Shown: positions 29,871 to 43,881 of the stretch, one piece after another
Position numbering within the stretch: the stretch's first letter is position 1
How the letters are laid out: each line of letters begins with the position of its first letter
NCBI RefSeq assembly: GCF_009914755.1
Contig: NC_060947.1
Source of the DNA: the human T2T-CHM13v2.0 reference genome, Homo sapiens
Strand: one strand, 5' to 3'
Length of the DNA: 64,000 bases
Made by a program: the position numbers and the translations under genes
Notes under the pieces: model-generated
Told to the model about the DNA's origin: nothing
Seen by the model: the letters and a program-made list of their open reading frames with translations, nothing else
Databases searched by the model: none

Positions 29871-32797
29871 CTGTTAGGAAGGTTGGGAGACTCAAAGAAG
29901 TATTGTGGAATGAAAGGCTCTGTCTCCTTCTAAAATAATTTTAGTCATCTGCCAAAATGTGGGAGAAGTAATATATTTTTAGGAATGTGACCCCCAAAAT
30001 CCTCCCCCTTGGGCCTCAACATTTCTGGCTAGAGCAGATTTTGAGGCTGGAGCTAATCCTTCAAACACAAAACCCCAGGGGCCCCAGACAAATTGGTCCA
30101 GCAGTATTTCATCATCCACTTCCTTTTGGGTGAGCCTCAGGCTCTAACGGAGTTCTGGAAAATCCTGGTCAATTGCCCCTTGTGTTCATCAGTTTGGAAC
30201 TGTTGCATTGATTAATCCATTGGTTATGACTTGGGTCTAACTTTGGCTAATAAACTCCCCTTAGTGTAAAGAATCTAACTCTAAACTTATATTCCAGGCA
30301 GCGACTCATAAAAATTGATTGCTTGGCATTGAAAATATATTCTCCCTGGAAACTCAAAACAAGGTAAAGTCATCATTGACAGGGTGGGACTTGGTCAAGG
30401 TGAAGAGCAGACCTCGAGACAGGTTTCACTGTGCTCATAAGTTTCCAGCAAGTCCAAAGTAGTTTACAAGGAAAAAAAAAAAAAAGGAATATTCCATCCT
30501 CAGCTCTCACATAGGAAAGACACTTTTCATGGTCACGTTTCTCTCCCGAGACTGCAAGCTCTTCCAAGCACACCACACCCTTGCACTACACAGGCCAGTT
30601 AAATTGAGATTCCTTTAAAGTCCCACGAGGGTCTAATCCTGCCAAGTTTTCCAGTGGAAAGTTTCAGATGTTTCTATTTCTGATCTAATGGCAAGGCCCC
30701 CCTTCCTTCCTTTCTGTCCCCTTCATGCACCTCTTTGCTTTTAGTTCTGGGTGGAATAAAAGTCTGGAGGATCTCTTCTTGCCCACCTCTAGATCCATAG
30801 GAGCAATAGCGGCAAAGAGTAGGTGCTTTGCTTGTTCTCACTCATATGAGCCTTCAACATCTTACAGGCTATTTCCCTCTGCCTCATCTCTGTTCCTAGA
30901 AGGTAATTTGGCCCCAAGAGTCTTCTCGCCATTTCACTTTCCCTTTCTCTGAGTGCCTTTAACATCTCTCCCTCCCCAGCCTCTTTATCCTTCCATCAGT
31001 CTGCTGGTCAATTCTACTATTCCAAGATCACAGACACTTCTCTAACTCATTCCTTTTCACTGGTGTCTTCAATACCAATAATAACTGTTCCTCTACCTAT
31101 GCTCAGGGATTTCCATGATTCTGCAGGATCACAAAAAAAATGCAAAGAAAATTAGTCAGTGCTTTACGATAGTTATTTAGCCTGAACCATTTCTACAAGA
31201 AGACATTTTTATGAGGAGAGGCCAAGGGCCTTGACATCTTGACCCCTAAGAGCTCCAAATCCCACATGGAGTGACAAAAAGAAGTCAGGAACTCAGCTCA
31301 CTGAGGAATTCAGCTCACTAAGTTCCATTAAACTCTGAATCCTCTATGAACTCAGATCTGTGAATGTTCTCTTTTAACACAATGCCTTGACTAAGATCTC
31401 CAGGGAAGGCCAATGTTGACATGTTTTAAGAAAGTTAGTGAGAAGTAGTGATAAGTATTTGTCAATCCCCTACTGTGCTTGTGTCATCTGCTATCTTGAG
31501 TTTGAGAGAGAATCCATAGGCTTATGACATCTGGTCCAGGGCACTGCTCATCAGAAAGCAAGGGGAAACTCCCTCTCCAAGTGCCTTGTCCTATTGAGAC
31601 TGAGGTGTACCATTGTTCACCCTCCCCAGGCAGCTCTGTTGAGAGAACTCCATCTGGAAATGAGTTTCTTTTTTATGTATTCAGATGTGTCCAGACACAC
31701 TGGTAGAAATGAATCACACCCTTTCTAACTACCACTGTGCCCTAAATAAGAAATCTAGACTAGAGCTTGCTGAGGGGCAAATTAGAGACACTAGTCACAT
31801 GACCTGCCCTTACTCTAAACTGCCTAGTAGGAATAATTATCCTTGCTGGAGGGAGATTTAGTCTTCAGAAACTGTCTCTGGATTACTCAAGCATAAGAAC
31901 ACTAGGGAGGAAGTGCTGTACATCATAATCATCTAGTGACACAGTGCTTGAGTTTGCCATTCAGAAACAGCCAGAAATCTTGTCCTCTTTCCCACTCTGA
32001 ATCACCCACCCGAGGAAGTGGGAGTAGTGGAACAAAGGAGAGAGCCTCTTATGTAACTCCTTTGATGACACAGGAAAATATCTCCAGAAGAAATTTTAAA
32101 ATTTAAGAAAACTAGACTGTGACATCCCAAAATAAGACAGTGAGATAAAAGGTTAAATATAAAATGGCACTCAGAATACATCCCGTTGGAAATTGAAGTG
32201 TTCTGATTGCACATACCTACTAGCATATGAAATTCATGGCCAAAGAGGCCAATTACAGTACTAAAGGGAGTCATCAAAATTGACAAAGGAAGGTAGTGAC
32301 TGAAGAGGGGAGTCTTTTGGAAAATGGTAAATACTAGTAAGGAAGGAACTGCTCTTGTCAGGACACAGGCAACCCCCATATTGACAAATCCAGTAGAAAC
32401 CTCTCTGCCCTCTTACATAATGGCTCAAAAATATTCAACATGCTTAAACACTTTCTCTTTATTGATATCCTTTACTTACTTGGCTTGCATGACACCACAC
32501 TCTGCTTGTTACTCCTTACCAGTCTCCTTTGCTGAGTTCTTCTCTTTTTGTCCTCTAAATGTGATAGAGTGCCAGAGTTTGATTCTAGGCCTTCTTCTCT
32601 TGAGAGGCAATAATAGTATAGCCGTTAAGAGAATGAACTCAAGCCAAACTGCCTGGTTTTGAATCCTATCTGCTACTTACTTAGTGTGAAATTGGAAAAT
32701 TTGCCTAAGTCTATCAGTGCCTCAAATTCCTCTTTTGTAAAGTAAGGAGAGTAATAGCACCTACCTCATAGGGTTGTTGTTAAGATTAAATGAACCC

Positions 32798-33255
<458 letters not shown>

Positions 33256-33260
33256 TATTA

Positions 33261-33445
33261 AATGAATATATATATATATATTCATTCATATTATATGCTA
33301 GGTGCTGTTCTAAGTTATATATATATGCACATATGTTTTATATATAAATTATGTATATAAGTTATATATGTTTATATATATCTAAGTCATATATATATAA
33401 CTGTTTTATATATATATATAACTTAGAACAGTACCTAGCATATAA
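33261..33445. repeat. AT-rich palindromic region (26-bp perfect palindrome plus 36-bp inverted repeat)
   Basis: aatgaa(ta)7ttcatt at 33261-33286; arms 33291-33326 and 33410-33445 are 35/36 complementary. Confidence 0.9.
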
Positions 33446-33640
33446 GCACTACATACATGTTCAGTATTATTATCATTATAATCATCGTCATTACTATCAT
33501 CATTATTGTTATTGCTGTTATTCTCTTTTCTGTCCACACTGTTGCTTAGGTAATACAATTTATTCCCATAATCTTAAATACCATTCATAGGCAAATAACA
33601 TAAAATGATATCCCCCAACTCTGACCTCTCCCTTGACTTC

Positions 33641-34208
33641 TGTATTAGTCACAGTTCTCTAACAAAAGAAAACCAATAGGATGGATGGATAGATAAACAG
33701 ATAACAAGAGATTTCTTATGGGAATTGACTCATGTGATTATGGAGGGCAAGAAGTCCCACCATATGCCTTCTGCAAGGTGGAGAACTAAGAAGGCTGGTT
33801 GTGTAATGCAGTCTGAGTCTGAAGGCCTGAGAACCAAGGGAGCCAATGGTGTAACCCCAGCTCTAAGGTTAATGACCCAAGAATTGAAGGGCCACTGATA
33901 TAACCCAAAGTCCAAAGGCCCAAGAACCAGGAGCTCTGATGTCCAAGGGCAGGAGGAGGTGGATATCCCAGCTCCTGAAAAGAGAGCAGATTCTCACTTT
34001 CTCCATTTTTTGTTCTATCCGGGTCCTCCATGGGTTGAATAATGCCCATTCATATTGGGTGAGTGGGGATCTTCTTTACTCAATATACTGATTTAAATGT
34101 TAATCTCTTCCAGAAACACCCTCACAGAGACATTCAGAAATAATGTTTTACCAGTTATTTGGACATCCCTTAACATAGTCAAGTTGACACATAGAATTAA
34201 CCATCACA
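33641..34208 (-). mobile_element. MLT2B-like ERVL solo LTR
   Basis: tgtattagtc..gggaattgactcatgtgattatggagg..gtcaagttgacacatagaattaaccatcaca. Confidence 0.85.
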
Positions 34209-35214
34209 GCCTCCAAAGTCATATATCTAACAGCCTATTTGACCTCTCCTCTGAGACAGAGTAGGCATTTCAAACTTAACATGTCTTATATTTAACTCTT
34301 GTTTTTCTCTCAAGTCTGCTCCTTTCTCAGCTACTCCTATTTCAATAAATATACCATCATCCACCCGGTTGTTCGAATCGAAAGCTAGAAATCATCCTTG
34401 ATTCCTCCATTTTCACCATCCCCAGTATCCAATTCATTAGCTAGTTATAACACTTCTACTTCTAAAATATATCTCAAATATAGCTATTTCTCTCCATCTC
34501 CACTGCTACCACCCTAGCCCCAGCTATTGTAATTTCTCACCTGGACTACTTCAATAAGCTTTTAACTGGCTTCCCTTCTTCTATTCTTGTCCCTTAAAAT
34601 CTACACACTATGCAACAAAGTGGGCTTTTAAAAATATAAATCACACTATGCCATCCCTTCACTGAAAACCTGTCTATACCTTCCTATTGCATTTAGAGTA
34701 ATACAAAATCTTTAGCAGGGACTGGAACACCCTTGTTCTGGCATCTGGCAGCTACCTGCCTCTCCAACTTCATTTCCTACCCCTCTCCACCTCACTCATT
34801 AGGTGCCAGCCATCCCGATCTCCTTCCTCTTCTTTGAACATTTTGATCTCTTTCTAAACTCAAGGCCCTTATATTGACTATTCCCTCTTCCTGGAATGAT
34901 CATCTCCTGGCTTTTCATGTGGCTAGCTCCTCTTCATCCCTTAAGCCTCAATGTCAGCATTGCTCCTCAGAGACCTCTTTTGACCATCCTATCTAAATAA
35001 AGTAGTCCTCCAGTTACTCTGTATTTACTCTAAAAATGTTATGTGTTTTTTCACTTGTTTACTCATTTATTTGGTTTCCCTTCTCTCATTGGAATGTAAC
35101 TCCACGAGGTAGGAACTCTGTTTTGTTCAGTGTTTACCTGACAAATAGTATAGTACCTAGCACATATCAGGTGCTCAATAATTATTAATAGTTGTTGAAT
35201 GAATGAATGAAACC

Positions 35215-35420
35215 ACTAAGCACCCTTACTGTGCTAGGTGCTTTAAAAACATGACCTTCTTTAATCCTTAGGATATGGCTTTGCAATATCCTTTATTCCC
35301 ATTTCACAAAAGAAGAAACCAAAGCTCAAAAAATTGTATAACTTTGCCAGGATCACACAGGCAGTACCAGGATCCAAATCCAGATTTTCTGATTCCAAAA
35401 GCCTTGTACTTTCTACTTTA
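35215..35420 (-). mobile_element. MIR SINE
   Basis: actgtgctaggtgcttta..cccatttcacaaaagaagaaaccaaagctca..ggatcacacag. Confidence 0.7.
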
Positions 35421-35434
35421 GCAAAATTATTTAT

Positions 35435-36060
35435 TTATTCATTCATTCATTTATTCAACATGTATTAAGCATCTATTTTGCACCAAACACAGTGCCACAT
35501 CCTAGGGATAAAAAAATGAATAAGACACCACTCCTGCCCTGCACAGAATCTTCAATCTAGTTGTCAACACAGACAAGTAGACAAGTAACCGAGTAATTAC
35601 ACAAGTGACAATAAGTGCTACATTAGCTATGCTAGGGAAGAGAGAGGCAGTCATGTGTAGGCTTTAGAGTCCGAATGCTTAGGTTTGAACACCAACCTTA
35701 CCACCTCTTAACTGTATATCTTTGGGCAAATTGCTTAACCTATTGGTATCTCAGTTTCCTTATCTATACAATGGGAATTATAATTGAGTGTCTATCTTAC
35801 AGAATGATTGTGAGGATTAAATGAATTAATACATGTAAAGTGCCTGGCACATAAGAAGTATTCAATAAATGTTACTTGTTTTTAGTGGTGCATAGGAGGG
35901 AGAACAAGGCCAGCAAAGCAGAGTTTATTAAAAGCTTCCAGAGGTGGTGAAGATGTCTGAGCTGAGCTTTCCAGAAATAGTAGATATAGTGATCAGCCAG
36001 GTTTAGAAGGTAGAAGACTAGGAACAGCTTGCCAGGTAACAGGAAAGCACATACAAAGGT
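35435..36060 (-). mobile_element. L2 3' fragment interrupted by a MIR
   Basis: ttcattcattcatttattcaacatgtattaagcatcta..; ..gtctgagctgag.. Confidence 0.65.
35650..35875 (+). mobile_element. MIR SINE
   Basis: ctttgggcaaattgcttaacc..tctcagtttccttatctatacaatggg..gtgaggattaaatga..gtgcctggcacata. Confidence 0.8.
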
Positions 36061-38835
36061 AATTTTCCTGCCAGCCTGTTTCAGGCTCATCAGCCCTATC
36101 ACAATTTATTCAGAAACCTGACACTGAACATTGTTCTTTCTTTAGGCTAAAATGGATTTCACGTATATCATGTGATTACAGTGATGCTCCCAGAATTTCA
36201 AAGACATATACAATGAGGCTGAAGAGAGAGACAGAAGTGGCGGGAACTCTGGATAGGCTTGTGGCCATGGAGAAAAAGCAGGACATGATGAAAGGTATCC
36301 CATATGCCCTGGTCTCTGTCCAATGCCTAGTGGCTGGAGAGGACAGCGAGAGAGCCATAGAGGAAACCAGGGTCCCAAGAGAGAGGAACTACTGCTAAGT
36401 TAAACAGTTAGGGGCTGGTGAAGAAAAGATGAAGACAGCTGGAAGCAGGACAAATATATAAAGCAAATTTAAAACTCCACAAAGTACTCACTCCCAGTCA
36501 CATCAGCTTTATGCAGTTTCCCAAAGTCCTAGCAATCATCTAAAGAATTTCTTTAAATCATGTTTGCCATGCAGGCAGCCCACGGAAAAGAACAAGTCAC
36601 TCTGTTGTGGTTATAACTTTTGTAGAGACATTTCTTGAGGAGCCCAGTAAATGGGCCAGATGAAAGACTGCCGGTGGGCCAAGAAATCCTGCCCTTGGCT
36701 TTGGCCCACATCAGAGAGTTGCAAAGGAAAAAGAAGAGGCCAGCCTGCATCCCAGTTTGTAACTCTGGAGAGAGGCAAGCCTGATGTTTGACGTTCTACA
36801 CTCACAAAGAGAATTTTTAATGTCTCATGATGCCTCTTGCTTGACAAAATCTGCAGGAATTGGCCAATGCAATGTGACATTTTGATATCTAGAATCAGGA
36901 CATAATTTCTTCCTGGAGTTCTTGTTCTATTTCTCTGGGGTGTGGCAGGGCTTGATGATGATATTAACTGGTGTTTGGGGCCTGCCTTGCTTTTTATGCA
37001 TTCATGATTACAGTCTGCATGCAAACTTTGTAGCAGTTCTTCACCTTCTGAAAGCAGTCAGTGGAGCTGAGGGCTATGGTGGGGAGGAAAGAAGAAGCAC
37101 ACAAGCTTACTTTGTACCAAAGACTTGGAAGTCCAAAGTAGGATATTAGAAACCATCTACTCTCTGGGGAAGAAAGGTCTACCTGGAATGGGCATGTGAG
37201 TTCCCAAAGTCACACAGTTAGTGACAGCGCCCTGATCTGGTTTCAATCAGTGTTTTGTTCAGCTCAAGGGAAACATTGGCCTGAATTTTGTTTCTTTAAT
37301 ATAGCTAAGCACGATGGTTTTTTTGAAAAAAGAAAGCTACATGAGTCACGTTAATTCTCTTGGTTTTGCTGCAATGTATTATGACTCTGTCAGGAGGGTC
37401 CAGAGAAAACAATGTGATTTCCCATGCCAACAGGTTACTAACCTGCATGATTTGTGTGCCATAGAAATTTCCAACATAGCTTAGAGTGAAATTCAAAAGA
37501 TTTAAAACAGCCTCCTTAACTATAAAACAAATAAGTCCTTTATTCATTGCCTTCCTAAGCCTTTCAGCATCAGCATGCCAAAAGCCTTCAAATGGCCCTC
37601 ACATTCCTCAACAGGTCAGCCAAAATCACTTGCTTCCCCAACTCCTTGCACACCCTTCTCTTTCTCTCCCCTTTGCAACATGTCCCTAGCTGCCACTCGG
37701 TGCCTTGGCTTTCCTCCAAACTGTTCCCCCTAAGCAGTACCCAGTGGATCCCCATTTGTCCAGACACTCTTACCTTAATTTGTTTTTTTATTAAGCACTT
37801 TTTCCTTGCCAGGTACTGTGCTAGGTACTTTACACATGGCATATCGCTTAATCCCATAAGTTCCCTCTAAGCCTCCTGCTCTCACCCTTAGCATCCAGGA
37901 AAAACTTTCCTATCCCATGTCCCATGCTGTCAGAGCCCTGTTTGAGTTGCCAAAGTAACAGCTAGTTATCTGACAAATTAATCTGCGCTAAGATGTCAAA
38001 TGACAGCCCTCAAATCACACCTATGTAGACATCTGTAAACCCATACATTGGCCTATTGGAAACCTATGGTTTGCCCAAGTGTCTAATTCAATACTCTTCA
38101 TAATAATACCCTCTATTTCTACAACTTGTAAAATCCCTTTCACATAATTACTGAATATTATCCCTTAGCTGAGCTGAAGTGTTAATGAGGACTTCATCTG
38201 CTACCATATAATATAAAGCCATGTTTTAAGGTGCCCTTAGCATCACTAACCCACAGTTTCTTCTCAGATCCTGGCCATGCTTTGACAAATTTTGCTGGCT
38301 GACATAGAAAGTCAGAATATCCAGGCAATCTAGGGGACGGGGATAGAGAAAAAAGCAGTAACAGGAAGGCCAGGGAAGTTGGGAGAAATGCCGAAAAAGC
38401 AGTCTCCTAACTGTCCCACAGCCTAATCCTATAGGGGTCTGAACCTCAGACCAAACCAGTAGCCCAACCACTCCTGGCAGCTGCTGCAGCCCAATACCAA
38501 CTCCCACTCCAGACTGAGGAGTTCTGCTTTCATCTCTGTTTTCTCCCCTGTCACTAGCACAATCTGGGGTAAGGAAGCAGACTTAACTAAAGCCTCACTT
38601 CTGGACTTCACCAAGAGCCTAAAATGTTGTGGTTTTCCCATCAAAAAGGCTATTCCTCAAGGCCGCTTTGTGGCCCCCAATAACACCACCACTTGTCTGA
38701 CAGTGGAGCTTCCTGAGGGTGAGGCAGTATCTCCTCTAGTAGGCTAACACCTGCTGAGAAGAAAGGGCAACTGTAAACATTAAGATTAGATATCAGAATG
38801 GCAGAACTAAAAGAAAATGTTGAGATCATCCAGAA

Positions 38836-38999
38836 CAGTGGATTTTAAACTTCAGCATGTACCAGACACCCCTGGAGGACTCATTAAAACACAAATTGCT
38901 GGGCCCTGCCATAGTTTCTGATTCAGTAGGATTCTTTCTAACAAGTTCTCAGGTAATGCTGATGCTTCTGGTTCAGGGAACACACTTTGAGAACTGCTG
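38836..38999. mobile_element. MER5A hAT-Charlie DNA transposon
   Basis: TIR-like ends cagtggattttaaactt / actttgagaactgctg; internal attgctgggccc..tttctgattcagtagg..tttctaacaagttctcaggt. Confidence 0.8.
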
Positions 39000-39004
39000 C
39001 TCTA

Positions 39005-39420
39005 ATCTATTCTACACATTACACAGATAAGGAAATTGAGTCCCAGTAAAGAGAAATAACATGTCCATCTTGCTGATTTTGGGAACTAATAAGCAGATTA
39101 GTAACTTTCTCAAGGCTACACAACTAGTAAGTGGTACTGACTTTTAAACCCAGGCATCTCAATCCCATCTCTACCCTTTGTTATATTACAGCAACCTCTA
39201 AAAGTATGGATTTTATGTTCTATGTTTGAGTCCCAGCTCCACCATCTCCTAGCTATGTCACCTTTAATAGGTTACTCCATCTATAAAATGAAGGTAATAA
39301 TTGTACCTATTTCCTGGGGTTATTGTGAGAATACAATTATATATGTGATAACACATATGGGTGAACACTTAGCCTTGTGCCTCTTTATAGTAAGTGCTCA
39401 GTAAATGACAGTTGCTATCA
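39005..39420. mobile_element. Two MIR fragments (opposite orientations)
   Basis: acagataaggaaattgagtcccag..; tttgagtcccagctccacca..catctataaaatga..gggttattgtgagaat. Confidence 0.65.
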
Positions 39421-40064
39421 TCATCACAGCAAAAGTTGTTTTTGTTGTTAGTTGAGGAAGGCTGGGGGACACCCTTTCTCTTGGCTTCACGTTCCTAAGC
39501 GGAGAAATATCAATTAGTGTAACACTGTTGATCTCTCTTCACCCTCACATTTTCCCTTCCTCAGGAAGAAGGGTATTCTGACTGGTAGATCTGGGAACAG
39601 GAACAGGCTATGTGCAGCCAATAGGGATCTATCTGCTTTTAGAGGGAATGAGCTCTGGTCTACTCCGTGCTATAAAATCCCCCTTGCAGGCTAGGCCTAC
39701 ACTTTCCTTACATTTTCTGTGTCTGGATGAGTATCTCTGCCTAATTCTGGGTTAAGAAGTAAGAAGCTCATTTGTCAAACACATTTAACCCACTTTCCCT
39801 AGCACTTTTATCAGAAATGAGGCTCTCTTTATCTCTATCTCCTTTACTTCTGTTTGTCTTGGTCAGTTCAGACCTGGAGAAAGAAAAGAAAGGGTGTTAT
39901 TTATTGGGCCACCTGAAACCTCTGCATTATTATTGCTCATTCATCTGAGTTAGTGGGAGAGCTTTTTCTGAACCTAAGTCTCCAAACTCCCACTCCAATG
40001 CTCATTAACTATCCTGGCATTATCATATGGAAAAAGCCTTCAGGGCTGCATTTCATTTACTTCA

Positions 40065-40225
40065 TTTTTTGTAGACTTTTATTGAGATATATATAGAAGA
40101 GTGCACAAATTGTAAGTACAGATCAGTGAATCTTCACAAACTGAATAAACCTGTATAACCTGCACCCAGATCAATAACCAGAATACCAGAAGCCCCCTTG
40201 TGCCCTCTTCCAGACACTGCTCCCC
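40065..40225 (-). mobile_element. L1ME/MD 3'-end fragment
   Basis: ttttattgagata..agtgcacaaattgtaagtacag..ctgcacccagatcaa. Confidence 0.65.
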
Positions 40226-41099
40226 TTATTTCCTTCTATTTTTAATAAAAACATAAAACCTTTCATCAGTGAACAAGCTATTTACATCTTCTACCATCAC
40301 AAAGTCTTCGGTTGAATAAGGAAATCAAATCAGCCCTCTCAGTCTTCATTTAAATAAACAATCTCCTCTCCACAAGCTGTGCAATTCGAGCATCATGTAA
40401 ATGCTTCCAGCATCATGTAAATATATCCTGTGCATTCACTGGAATTGCCTATGCAAGATTCAAAGCCATGCAAACATCTTCCCTTCATTTTCATTGGAAG
40501 TTGCAGTTCATTCAGGAGTGACACCAGTAGATAGACTAGGAAATAGCCTCAAGCATCAAGGAAAAGCAGCTAAGTCTCCTTAAACAGTGAAGGTGATGAC
40601 GTGGAAGACTACTGAGGTTTGTGGGTAGTCCTACCCACCTCCTTGACCTTCCAGATCTTGCAGTCATGCATATCATCCCTAACCACCCCCCCCCCCCCAC
40701 ACACACACACGCCTCAGATTGGGTGGTAATTGCTTGAACTGGAACTTGTGTCATGCACAAACGGACATTTAATTTGGGCTTTTGTCATGAAGAATATTAA
40801 TTACTTAAACGCCATCCAACTCAGAGTTAGTTAAGATTTCTAAATAGGATCCTAAGTCACCAAGTTCATTCTCACAAAATCTTTCCATTAAGACAAGGGT
40901 GGAGAAGGCAGTTAAGGGCACTAATGGTTCACCATCATCCTTATAATAAAACCGAAACCCTTCATTTCATTATGACTTGTAAGCATCTATGTGATCCGCT
41001 CACAAGCTGTCTAGCACTCTGAAGTTTCTCTCTCTCTCTTTCTCAGTCTTTCTTTCTCTCTCTCCATCCCTATCCCTCCCTCAGAACCACCCTCTCCCC

Positions 41100-41460
41100 C
41101 ACTGACCCTTTCTCCCCAGTTACACTTGCTTCCTTCCTTTTCCTTGCTCTTTCTTTCTAATCTTTGCAGACTAGCTCCTGAGTCATTCTAGATGCAACTT
41201 AGATGTCACTTCCTCAGAGAAGCCACCTTAGATCACCCCTCAATCAATTTCTCCTTATTTTGTCTTCTTCAAACACTTACGATTATCAGAAAGTTACATT
41301 GCATTACTTGCGTACTCATTGATTATCTGTTTTTCCCACTAGGAGGTAAGCACGATAAGAGCAGGGATTTCATCTAACTTGTTTGCCACTGTACCCCGGT
41401 ATATAGAACATTGCTTGGCACACAGAAGATACACAACAAATTTATTGAATAACTACATGA
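41100..41460 (+). mobile_element. L2 3'-end fragment
   Basis: atgtcacttcctcagagaagcc..gagcagggatttcatct..ttgcttggcacacagaagatacacaacaaatttattgaat. Confidence 0.65.
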
Positions 41461-41529
41461 ATGGTTTTAAACTATTTATGTGGCCTAAAGTTTCCAGATG
41501 CAATTCATGGCATCACTCTTTAGCAGTCT

Positions 41530-41720
41530 CGGGAAAGCATGAACTTTGAAACCAGCTAAACTTAGGTTCAAATCCTGGTTTTTCACCTAATAAAACTGGG
41601 TAACCTTGGGCAAGTTTCCCAGTCTCTTTGAACCAATTTTATCTTCTGTATAATTGTCATAATCTCTATGTATGCAAAGTCCACAACACAATGAACTAGA
41701 AAAAGGTAGACCTCAAATCA
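41530..41720 (+). mobile_element. MIR SINE
   Basis: ggttcaaatcctggtt..taaccttgggcaagtt..ctctttgaacc. Confidence 0.65.
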
Positions 41721-42265
41721 CAGACTCACTCCCTCCTCCCAAACCACCTTCTTGCTATTATATTTCTCTCCATTCTCCTTGATGGTTCTTCTTTTTGTCC
41801 AGGTGTGTCTAAATATTTTCTTTCCTCTCTACTCTCCCCACTTTCACAAGCTATTCAAACCAAACAACTACGGCAACAGCAACAAAAAAATCTGATGCCT
41901 GGCAAGGCCATATGACAGAATCATCATTTAAGCTCCCATTTCTTCAGTGATTGGCCTGTTGCTTTCTGCCTATCATCTGTCTTCTTCCATTACCTTCTGT
42001 TGTTGTGAAGAAATCAAGCTGAAGTACTGTAAGTATGGACTTTAAGTCATAATAAATCATTCAGATGTCAAGAGCCTTAATCTGCCAATCTAAGGGCAAA
42101 GAGATTGAATGGATTGATTGGAAGGTTCTAAAAGCTTCACATATCATTTTTAAGGGGTTGATCTTTCTTTCTCTTTCTTCTTCTTCTTGCTTACTTTCTT
42201 TCTTAAGAAAGGTTGGGAGGTACATCAATCTCCTTTCCTATGTGGAAAGCTAGGTGAATTACCAT

Positions 42266-42714
42266 TGTTAACCCCCCAAATTTGAGACAGATGTCAATTA
42301 ATTTAGAAAGTTTATTTCGCCAAGGTTGAGAACGCACACCTGTGACACAGCCTCTGGAAGTCCTGATGACATGCGCTCAAGGTGGTCGGGGCACAGCTTG
42401 ATTTTATGCATTTTAGGGAGACATGAGACATCAATCAACATATGTAAGAAGTACAATGATTCCATCCAGAAAGGCAGGGACAACTTGGAGGGAGGAGGGG
42501 TTCCAGGTCACAGGTAGGTGAGAGACAAATGGTTGCATTCTTTTGAGTTTCTGATAAGCCTTTCCAAAGGAGGCAATCAGAATATGCATCTATCTCAGTG
42601 AGCAGAGGGATGACTTTGAATAGAATGGGAGGCAGATTTGCCCTGAGCAGTTCCCACCTTGAATTTTCCCTTCAGCTTAGTGATTTTGGGGACCCAAGAT
42701 ATTTTCCTTTTACA
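42266..42714 (-). mobile_element. MER4A-like ERV1 solo LTR
   Basis: tgagacag..aattaatttagaaagtttatttcgccaagg..ggggacccaagatattttccttttaca; 4-bp TSD ccat/tcat. Confidence 0.85.
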
Positions 42715-42893
42715 TCATCAAAGAAATGTCTGCTACAACTCTACTAGGGAAAACTCTAGTCACTACGGAGTAAGCACTAAAAGGTACCGTGGAAGTCATC
42801 TAATTCAATCTCTTCATCTTACAGAAGAAGAACTGAGACCCACAGAGGAGGTGTGTCACTTGCTCAAGCTCACAGAGTTAATGGCAGAAATAG

Positions 42894-43246
<353 letters not shown>

Positions 43247-43414
43247 AGTGTCCTTTTTATTAATACTAGACCAAACCGTTCCCTCACCGGAACTCAGAAT
43301 CCCAAAGCAAAGATTGGAACAGCTAACTCAGACCTTTACAGAGAGATTGAGTCAAGTAAAGCATGCATGTGGCTTCCATTGATTTCTCATAGATACTTAG
43401 AAATGGTAAGAGAA

Positions 43415-43881
43415 TGTACCAATCAGGATCCCAGCAGAAAACAGGCAAGTATACTCAAATTAAATAATTTGAAGAGAGTTTAATAAAGGGATGATTTACA
43501 AAGGTTGGTAAACTAAAAAAGAGATTATGGACTCCTGGGAGAGGTAGGAGAAGTGTTATCACCTCAGGCCTGAAAGGGTGACAGGAGAGAGCTGCTCCTA
43601 AAAGGAGAGAGAGTTTCATGGAGAGGGCTCTGACCTTTCACTGAAGGACACAATCAGCCCATGGCATCCTGCAGGGGGAAGCTGCAGGAATAAATATCCA
43701 CATTTCACTCTCTTCCTTCGGATCTCCCACTAGTACTTCCCATTGGTCAAATTCACAGGAAAGCCAGAGGACAAGTAAGCACAGTGCAGAAATGTACACA
43801 AGTCTGTCTTCCAGAACACACAGTAGTGTAGAAAAGGGTGGGGAATGGGTGTGGAAAGACAAAGATAAGACACCCAACACA
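43415..43881 (-). mobile_element. LTR33-like ERVL solo LTR
   Basis: tgtaccaatcaggatcccagcagaaaacag..gaagagagtttaataaaggga..cccattggtcaaa..; same family as 23425-23946. Confidence 0.75.
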
